A stretch of 64,000 nucleotides of DNA from Saprospiraceae bacterium (GTDB lineage Bacteria > Bacteroidota > Bacteroidia > Chitinophagales > Saprospiraceae), in assembly GCA_015490715.1 (NCBI GenBank), contig WFXH01000106.1:2177-66176 (forward strand). Direction: 5' to 3'. The position numbers and the translations under genes are program-made. Positions 57,591-64,000 of this stretch are shown piece after piece. Numbering within the stretch: position 1 is the stretch's first letter; each line of letters begins with the position of its first letter. The notes below the pieces were generated by a model. That model made no database searches, had not been told where the DNA came from, and was given only the letters and a program-made list of their open reading frames with translations.

Positions 57591-58590
57591 CTGGTGGGTC
57601 GTACGACCATCGGAGGTAGATGGAGCCCCATGTAAAGCCGCCGCCGAAGGCGGTGAGGATGAGAGCGTCGCCTTTTTTTAGCTGGTTTTCCCATTCCCAG
57701 AGGCAGAGGGGGATGGTGGCGGTGGTGGTATTGCCGTATTTGTGGATGTTGACCATGATGCGTTCGAGTGGAAATTCAAACATGTTGGAGATGCTCTGGA
57801 TGATACGCATATTGGCCTGGTGGGGTACGACCCACTGGATATCGTCTTTGGAGAGATGGTGGCGCTGCATGAGCTTTTTGATGGATTGCACCATGCCGTT
57901 GACGGCAAATTTGAACACAGTGCGCCCTTCTTGATAGATGAAGTGCTCGCGATTTTCGACGGTTTCGTGGGTAGCGGGGTGATAGGAACCTCCACCTTTT
58001 TGGTACAGGTAGTTTCTCCCCATGCCATCGCTTTCGAGCACACTGTCGATGATGCCCGTATCGTCGTCGGAGGGTTCGAGCAATACGGCACCGGCGGCGT
58101 CGCCGAAGAGTATGCACGTAGTGCGGTCGGTATAATCGACGATAGAGGACATCTTATCGGCACCTACGACGATGACCTTTTTCAGACCGCTTTCGACGAA
58201 TTTTGCACCCGTCTCGAGGGCATACAAAAATCCCGAACAAGCCGCGCTGATTTCGAAGCCGAAGCCCGAGCGGATGCCGACTTTGTCGCGGATGACATTG
58301 GCGGTGTCGGGGAACAGCATGTCCGGCGTAGCTGTGGCACAGATGACCAGATCGATTTCGTTTGGGTCGGTTTGGGTCTTATGCAGGAGTTGTTTGACTG
58401 CTTCGGCTCCGAGATCGGAAGATGCCGTATTGGGCTGGGTCATAATGCGTCGCTCTTTAATGCCGGTGCGAGTGGTAATCCACTCGTCACTGGTATCGAC
58501 CATTTGTTCTAAGTCCTTGTTGGTAAGCACAAAGGGGGGTACGTACGCCCCTACGCCGGTGATTTTTGCCCTTCGTCGATGTACGTCCAT
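57556..58590 (-). CDS. fabH: Beta-ketoacyl-ACP synthase III
   Basis: 'AACSGFLYAL' (active-site Cys), 'VPHQANMRI', 'GNTTTATIPL', 'AFGGGFTWGS'. About 20 aa C-terminal extension. Confidence 0.93.
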   Translation of the reverse strand: MDVHRRRAKITGVGAYVPPFVLTNKDLEQMVDTSDEWITTRTGIKERRIMTQPNTASSDLGAEAVKQLLHKTQTDPNEIDLVICATATPDMLFPDTANVIRDKVGIRSGFGFEISAACSGFLYALETGAKFVESGLKKVIVVGADKMSSIVDYTDRTTCILFGDAAGAVLLEPSDDDTGIIDSVLESDGMGRNYLYQKGGGSYHPATHETVENREHFIYQEGRTVFKFAVNGMVQSIKKLMQRHHLSKDDIQWVVPHQANMRIIQSISNMFEFPLERIMVNIHKYGNTTTATIPLCLWEWENQLKKGDALILTAFGGGFTWGSIYLRWSYDPPATEQASPPDVE

Positions 58591-58675
58591 GCCGATAGAG
58601 TGATTTGAGACCTGGCAAAGGACAAAAGTAAGTTAAAATATACAATTACGGTGGAGGATATTGACAGGAGGGTTC

Positions 58676-58683
58676 TACCTTTG
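58676..58683 (+). promoter_or_regulatory. Candidate -7 box (TACCTTTG) upstream of hbd
   Basis: Match to TAnnTTTG, 16 nt before ATG 58700. Confidence 0.3.
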
Positions 58684-58699
58684 CGAAAAAGTTGGGGAT

Positions 58700-59599
58700 A
58701 TGGGACAAATTCAACGCGTAGCAGTCATCGGTGCCGGCACGATGGGCAATGGCATTGCGCATGTGTTTGCGCTACACGGCTATGAAGTCTATTTGGTCGA
58801 CATATCGAAGGATTCGCTTGAGCTGGCTCTCGACATCATAGCGCGCAATTTAATGCGCATGGTCAAGAAGGAAAAGATACGCGAAGAACAAAAAGAGGCG
58901 GCCCTGTCTCGTATCAAGACGCATACGACACTTGAGATGGCGGTCGATCGGGTGGATCTGGTCGTAGAAGCGGTGGTGGAAGATTTTTCTGTCAAGGCCG
59001 ACGTGTTTCAAAAAGTCGATCGCATCGCTCCGTCGCATGCCATTTTAGCGACCAATACCTCCTCCATTTCGATTACGAAGATCGCTTCGGTGACCAATAG
59101 GCCGGAGCGCGTCATCGGCATGCACTTTTTCAATCCCGTGCCGGTGATGCAGCTGGTGGAGGTCATCCGCGGATTGACGACTTCGGATGAGGTGGCGCAG
59201 ACCATCATGACTCTGGCACGCGAATTAGGGAAGACACCTGTGGAAGTGCGGGATTTTCCCGGCTTTGTGTCCAATCGAGTGCTCATGCCCATGATCAATG
59301 AGGCCATTTATGCGCTGTACGAAGGAGTAGCTGGGGTGGAGGAGATCGATACGGTCATGAAATTGGGCATGGCTCATCCCATGGGCCCGCTCCATCTGGC
59401 CGATTTTATCGGCCTGGATGTGTGCCTCAACATCATGAAAGTACTCCACCTGGGTCTGGGGCGCGACAAATACGCTCCCTGCCCGCTTTTGGTTAAGATG
59501 GTCCTTGCTGGAAAGCTGGGTATCAAAACCGGCGAGGGATTTTACGATTATTCCCAGGGAACAAAAAACAAGCAGGTGTCTTCTATGTTTAGAAAATGA
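58700..59599 (+). CDS. hbd: 3-hydroxybutyryl-CoA dehydrogenase
   Basis: 'VAVIGAGTMGNGIA', 'ATNTSSISIT', 'GMHFFNPVPVMQLVEVI', 'PGFVSNRVLMPMINEA', 'HPMGPLHLADFIGLD'. Confidence 0.9.
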   Translation: MGQIQRVAVIGAGTMGNGIAHVFALHGYEVYLVDISKDSLELALDIIARNLMRMVKKEKIREEQKEAALSRIKTHTTLEMAVDRVDLVVEAVVEDFSVKADVFQKVDRIAPSHAILATNTSSISITKIASVTNRPERVIGMHFFNPVPVMQLVEVIRGLTTSDEVAQTIMTLARELGKTPVEVRDFPGFVSNRVLMPMINEAIYALYEGVAGVEEIDTVMKLGMAHPMGPLHLADFIGLDVCLNIMKVLHLGLGRDKYAPCPLLVKMVLAGKLGIKTGEGFYDYSQGTKNKQVSSMFRK

Positions 59600-59689
59600 T
59601 AGAGCGGAGGGATAGAGAGAGAAGCTGCATTTGGACAGGCAAAGGGATAAAATCCTGCGATAGAGTGTACAATTTCATACAAGAGCTGT

Positions 59690-59697
59690 TATCTTTG
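59690..59697 (+). promoter_or_regulatory. Candidate -7 box (TATCTTTG)
   Basis: Match to TAnnTTTG, 74 nt upstream of ATG 59772 in a 172-nt intergenic region. Confidence 0.3.
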
Positions 59698-59771
59698 CAG
59701 TCCCTTTATAGCATAGGACGAGCAGAAGCGACGATCGTGACCAATACGAGATAGGTGAAAAAATTCATGCC

Positions 59772-61370
59772 ATGCGTAAGAGATTAGTCATCTGGGGAGT
59801 CGACGAAAACGACAAGAGAGTCTTAGTAGGCATTGCACTCAACATCGAAGAAAACCTCATCGACTTATACATCTTTCACGAAGACTTAGTCACGGAAGAC
59901 TTTTACAAAGATTTCATGAAAAAATGGGGGCAAGAAGAGGCGGAGATCGAATTTCCGGAGGGTTACACCCATCTACAGCGCCCCTTGAGTGCTACGGAAT
60001 CCATTCTGCCGGACAATATCAAGGCGGACAATCCCGATATGGTCAGCCGCACGCAAATGGAGTGGCAGTTTCTCGTGCTGGCCGAAAAACTATACGCGTT
60101 TTACAAAGAGGAGCTCGAAAAACTCAAGGAAAAGGCTCAAGATCTCACCGAATTCAACAAAGAACTCTGGGAAGAGCTCAAGAGCTATTCTAAAAAGCTC
60201 AATGAGCAGATCCGCTCGCGCATGCTGTTTAAAAAACACAGCGACGAGCTGAAAAACGAGCTCAACAATCTCTTCCAAAAGCTCAAAGAACTAAGGGATA
60301 GCAGGGTGGTCGATCCTGAACTCGCTGAGGCGTCCAAAAAAATACTCAGCAAGGTCAAGGATATGCTCGCAGAGGTCAAAGAAAAATTTGAAAAAGGCAT
60401 TCACAAACGCATCCTATTCGAAGATCTCAAAAAAATCGAGCAATACTACAAAGAGCACTTCAGCGAAATCCTCCAACCCGATCGGCGTACCATCTATCGC
60501 ATGATTGACGACATGTACAAGGAGATCAAGAGGGTTCGCTTGCAAAGGCCCCAGGAGGGGGATGAAATACGGCGTACAAGAAGCCGCATCAGTGGCGTGG
60601 ACCGATGGCTCGACAAGCACGGCGGACAGCTCAAATCCCTCGAACGAGAACTCGAGCGCCTCGAAAAAAAAGACAGTGCACTTAATCAGCTCGAAGCCCA
60701 GCTGCGAGACCTGCGCATCAACATCATAAAAGAAAAAATAGCAGCCAAGAAGAAGAAGATACAAGAGCTCAAAGATCTCCGTCAAGAGCTCGAAGCGCGT
60801 CTTGAAAAACTTCTGGCTCGAGAAGCAGCCTCCGAAGCATCATCCGATAGTGCCCACCAATCTCAACAAAGCGAAGAAGCTACTCAAACTACTACCCAAA
60901 CAGCTTCGGAGCATTTAGCCGAAGATGAGGCCCAGGGAGGTGAATCCCTGGCGGAAAAAGCCGAGGAGATCGTCGAGACCACCAAAGCCATCGCCAAGGC
61001 CATCACGGATAAGGCCAAGGATGTACTGGAAGACGTAGTGGAAGAAGTCGTGGAGGAGTCCTCTGAAATAATGGAAGACGTCAAGGAATTTATCGGCGAT
61101 GCGGTAGAAAAAATCGAAGAACTGGTCGAGAGCAAGGAAGAGCAGAAAGAGGAAGATAAAGAAATAACTCAAAGCGCTACCGACGAAGAGTCTTCATCTA
61201 CTTCGGCAGCATCCGCAGAGGTAGATCAAAAAGAGGAAATTCAGGAAGAACAGGAGGAGAGTAAGGTGGAGGCCGACCAAGAGGTCGCGTCCGAAGAGGG
61301 GGCAGCGCAACAAGACGAGTCCCCGGAGGAATCTGCAAGCAGCGAAACTGAAGAGGAGAAGACCAGCTGA
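59772..61370 (+). CDS. Hypothetical protein: globular N-domain, long coiled coil and an extremely acidic low-complexity tail
   Basis: 532 aa. Heptad-like K/E/L-rich stretch over roughly residues 110-360. The last ~170 aa are dominated by E/S/A/T/Q. No signal peptide. Confidence 0.55.
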   Translation: MRKRLVIWGVDENDKRVLVGIALNIEENLIDLYIFHEDLVTEDFYKDFMKKWGQEEAEIEFPEGYTHLQRPLSATESILPDNIKADNPDMVSRTQMEWQFLVLAEKLYAFYKEELEKLKEKAQDLTEFNKELWEELKSYSKKLNEQIRSRMLFKKHSDELKNELNNLFQKLKELRDSRVVDPELAEASKKILSKVKDMLAEVKEKFEKGIHKRILFEDLKKIEQYYKEHFSEILQPDRRTIYRMIDDMYKEIKRVRLQRPQEGDEIRRTRSRISGVDRWLDKHGGQLKSLERELERLEKKDSALNQLEAQLRDLRINIIKEKIAAKKKKIQELKDLRQELEARLEKLLAREAASEASSDSAHQSQQSEEATQTTTQTASEHLAEDEAQGGESLAEKAEEIVETTKAIAKAITDKAKDVLEDVVEEVVEESSEIMEDVKEFIGDAVEKIEELVESKEEQKEEDKEITQSATDEESSSTSAASAEVDQKEEIQEEQEESKVEADQEVASEEGAAQQDESPEESASSETEEEKTS

Positions 61371-61387
61371 TTTTAAATAGTCGATTG

Positions 61388-63427
61388 TCAAGGAACAAAT
61401 ATCGCCCTGTCGAATACGCGGTATCCCTGGGAGTTGCGCAGCACAAGGCGGTGCCATCCGGAGGATAAAGCTCGGATAGATACGACAGAAGGACGCCCTG
61501 GGGTCGAGGCAGGAATGCGAATGTGTCGTAGGATTGTTCCATTGGGATGGATGATAGCGCCTTCGAGTGTATCGCCATCGGAGTAGAAGAGCACAAGGGA
61601 TTGCGCAGTGGCGGCGACAGTGATGCGCACGCCGGTGGATTTATTCAAGAAGTACACTAAATTGGAGGAGATAGTCTCTCCACTTTGGAGGAGTGCTTTG
61701 ATGCGATACCACGGGCCCAGGGGCTGCCATTTGCGATGGAGCGGAAGGGTGTAGACAGAGCTGGGGCCTGTTTGCGGTGGGATGAGGGTACAATCGGTAA
61801 AGGACTGTCCATCGTTGGAGGCTTGGAGTATAAAATGGCTGATGGGTTGGGTGGGGGTGAGTTTCCATTGGAGTAAGGGTGGGTTGAGGTGGGGCAGTAG
61901 GTTGAGTTGGATGTGTTTGAATGCAAGGGTTTGGCAGTTGTAGATTTGCATATCGCTTTTGCCGCAGGAGCCCTGGCTGTAGTTGATGACGTCGTTGCCG
62001 GCGTTGAGGTCGTTGGTAGAGAGGGAACGGCGTTCGGTACCATTGGCCAGTGCGTAATGCATGACGTCGTTGGTATTGATGACGTGGCCGAGTTGGTGGC
62101 TATGGCCCAATTCGTGGAGGGCGACGGTTTCGAAGTCGTATTGGTTGTTGGCGGTGCTGTTGTCGGCGGCGTCGTAGTTCCAGTTGGTACCGTCGTTGAA
62201 GACGAGGTCGGTTTCGTCGAGCACCCAGGTAGTACCGCCGTTGCATCCGATGAAGTAGCTGTAGGATTGGCCCAAGACGCCTGCTGGCAGCTCGTTGCCG
62301 TTGTCGAAACGCACGACATTGACGCCGTCGCCGGCGGCCTGGTCGATGTTGGTGGTGCCGTTGTCGTCGAAGTAGACGCCCGTGCCGTCGCAGCGCCAGG
62401 TGTCGAGAGCGCGGCGGAATGCGTCACGCGCCTGTATGTTGTTGTACAGTTCGGTGTGATACTTCAACACGTATCCGCCGCTGCCATCGGCGTCGACCAG
62501 ATTGGTGCGGTATCGGCGGTTGTTGTACGTCACGTTGGTGATGTTGTATTCTACCGTTAGCGACGTGCTGCTCAAGGCGCTGCTTCCGCTGCTGTTGGTG
62601 ACGCGGAATTTGCCGGTACCTGCATCGGTGGGCACTTTGACCTTGATTTGCGTGTCCGACCACGAGACGTATTCTGTGCTGAGGGGCTCGACGTCGATGG
62701 TTGCGCCTCCGTTGTTGGCATTGCTAAACTCGACCCGTCCACTGCCCCTCGAGGCGCCAAATCCACTGCCGTTGATGGTCAAAATGACGCCCTTACCGGC
62801 TTGCACTGCACCAGGTGAAAAACTCGTAATGGACACGGCAAGGGGATCACGCCATTCGGCCTTCGCTCTTCGAAGGGCTTTCTCAATCCAGGAATGCCGT
62901 ATCGGATAGCCCCATTGCTTTAGCAGTGCGTACCATTCGCCATCAATAGATCCATACGAGCCGTATAAATCGTAAGCGCGATTGGTCACGAGGTCGTAGT
63001 ATACGAGACCGGCGTGGGCATAGATAGCTCGAAAACGAGGAAGCTCTGTAGGTCGTTCGTCTACGAGAGCAATAGGTGAGGGTTCGAGTAGCCACATGCC
63101 CGTCTGTCCCACGGAGGGATGCAATGAAGGCACAACCACCTCTCGGCGAGGAAAAATCGTCCCGCCCGGTGAGAGAAGCTCTACGGTAGTGCTGTTCAAT
63201 GTTCCCTTGAGTACCTGATGGACTTGTAGCACGTACACGGTATAGATATGTCCTTGATGGCTATCCATAGCCGTATATGCGTCTTGCACGGTGGCCTCTA
63301 CTACGTGGGAAGCGTTAGTCATTCGCTCTTTTAGCGGTGCTTGCACTATTTGAGCGTTCATTCCTTGAAAGTGGAGTAGGATGGAGAGAGAAAAAATACT
63401 GCAAAAACACCTGTTATACTGTACCAT
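61388..63427 (-). CDS. Secreted metzincin-like zinc metalloprotease with an IPT/TIG domain and a probable T9SS C-terminal domain
   Basis: Signal peptide from ATG 63427. IPT-like 'VSITSFSPGAVQAGKGVILTINGSGFG...GKFRVTNSSG'. Zinc motif 'HELGHSHQLGH' followed by 'DVMHY'. C-terminal 'IRALSSGWHRLVLRNSQGYRVFDRAIFVP'. Confidence 0.7.
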   Translation of the reverse strand: MVQYNRCFCSIFSLSILLHFQGMNAQIVQAPLKERMTNASHVVEATVQDAYTAMDSHQGHIYTVYVLQVHQVLKGTLNSTTVELLSPGGTIFPRREVVVPSLHPSVGQTGMWLLEPSPIALVDERPTELPRFRAIYAHAGLVYYDLVTNRAYDLYGSYGSIDGEWYALLKQWGYPIRHSWIEKALRRAKAEWRDPLAVSITSFSPGAVQAGKGVILTINGSGFGASRGSGRVEFSNANNGGATIDVEPLSTEYVSWSDTQIKVKVPTDAGTGKFRVTNSSGSSALSSTSLTVEYNITNVTYNNRRYRTNLVDADGSGGYVLKYHTELYNNIQARDAFRRALDTWRCDGTGVYFDDNGTTNIDQAAGDGVNVVRFDNGNELPAGVLGQSYSYFIGCNGGTTWVLDETDLVFNDGTNWNYDAADNSTANNQYDFETVALHELGHSHQLGHVINTNDVMHYALANGTERRSLSTNDLNAGNDVINYSQGSCGKSDMQIYNCQTLAFKHIQLNLLPHLNPPLLQWKLTPTQPISHFILQASNDGQSFTDCTLIPPQTGPSSVYTLPLHRKWQPLGPWYRIKALLQSGETISSNLVYFLNKSTGVRITVAATAQSLVLFYSDGDTLEGAIIHPNGTILRHIRIPASTPGRPSVVSIRALSSGWHRLVLRNSQGYRVFDRAIFVP

Positions 63428-63584
63428 AGCCCTGAAATTTGCCAAAATTTTGAATAAAAATACGCATTTTTGGGGAAAATGCATAAATTTTTATGGCTTG
63501 CAAGGTGTTCGGGCTACTATTTCATACAACGCATATCGAGTAGGGAATATTGGTCGATCGGCCAAAGTTTGTAATCTTTGTCGC

Positions 63585-64000
63585 ATGGGAGGGAGCAATC
63601 GTCGGCTGTCCGCAATGCGTAGGGTGCTTTTAAAATGGGCGGAAAGCCATGGTCGACGCATGCCGTGGATGGAGGATCGGGACCCGTATAAAGTGTGGCT
63701 GGCGGAGGTAGTGCTCCAGCAGACACGGGTAGAGCAGGGGCTACCGTATTTTCGGAAATTGGTGCGTAAGTATCCCGACGTATTTCGTCTGGCTGCGGTG
63801 CAGGAGCGAGTATTTTTCAAGGACTGGGAGGGTCTTGGTTATTACCAGCGAGCGCGCAATCTGTTGAAGGCAGCCAGGTATATCGTCGATCAAAGAAGGG
63901 GTGTGTTGCCCACTACATATGAGGAGTGGCTACGGCTTCCCGGTGTGGGTCCCTATACCGCTGCTGCCGTAATGGTGTTTGCCTTCGAAAGGCCCTATTC
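63585..64000 (+). CDS. mutY: A/G-specific adenine DNA glycosylase, N-terminal fragment (3' end lies outside the window)
   Basis: Not in the ORF track because the frame is open-ended. My translation: 'LLKWAESHGRRMPWMEDRDPYKVWLAEVVLQQTRVEQGLPYFRKLVRKYPDVFRLAA...WEGLGYYQRARNLLKAARYIV...LPGVGPYTAAAV'. Confidence 0.88.
   Translation, partial: MGGSNRRLSAMRRVLLKWAESHGRRMPWMEDRDPYKVWLAEVVLQQTRVEQGLPYFRKLVRKYPDVFRLAAVQERVFFKDWEGLGYYQRARNLLKAARYIVDQRRGVLPTTYEEWLRLPGVGPYTAAAVMVFAFERPY

Noticed and set aside
60800-61370. Tandem DNA repeat or CRISPR-like periodicity in the GA-rich 3' end of the coiled-coil gene
   Set aside because: The region is compositionally biased (Glu/Ser/Ala codons), but I could not find a repeating unit of fixed length. 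It stays in frame as coding low-complexity sequence.
61657-62427. 256-aa Thr/Ser/Pro/Ala-rich ORF in an alternative frame of the metalloprotease gene
   Set aside because: It is on the same strand but out of frame with a gene that has IPT and HExxH motifs. It is low-complexity and has no independent start context.

Overview
The window reads as a chromosomal segment from a Bacteroidota-type genome. This is inferred from T9SS-style C-terminal domains, a PorV/PorQ-like barrel, BshA, DUF2723, DUF4159, recurring TAnnTTTG '-7' promoter boxes and no obvious Shine-Dalgarno sequences. GC looks mid-range by eye; I did not compute it. Coding density is very high: I call about 57 CDS and one tRNA-Gln(UUG). 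I recognised no rRNA, CRISPR array, transposase, integrase or phage genes. Most genes are housekeeping: queA, cmk, hutH, bshA, holB, gcvP, hldD, accBC, efp, thrS, hpt, ligA, clpS, aat, proC, ilvE, rdgB, fabH, hbd and mutY. The ORF track over-extends many N-termini because it counts alternative starts, and it contains many long antisense shadow ORFs, which I rejected. The most interesting locus is 44.3-53.3 kb. It is a tightly packed, same-strand trio: a 1221-aa CarboxypepD_reg/TonB-dependent-receptor-like barrel with no SusD partner, a 1378-aa secreted protein whose C-terminus looks like a T9SS sorting domain, and a PorV/PorQ-family barrel. I propose it as an uncharacterised outer-membrane surface module. 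Secondary points of interest are: an MbnP/MbnH-like pair; a YfdX / split-sigma / HdeD / HPF stress cluster; a DUF2723 (TMEM260-like GT-C) operon with an HExxH mini-membrane protein and a Cys-less alkyltransferase-like protein; an IPT-domain metzincin with a possible T9SS tail; a coiled-coil protein with an acidic tail; a C-X4-CH lipoprotein; and a possible HolD(psi)-like ORF. All family assignments come from motif recognition by eye. No database search was run.
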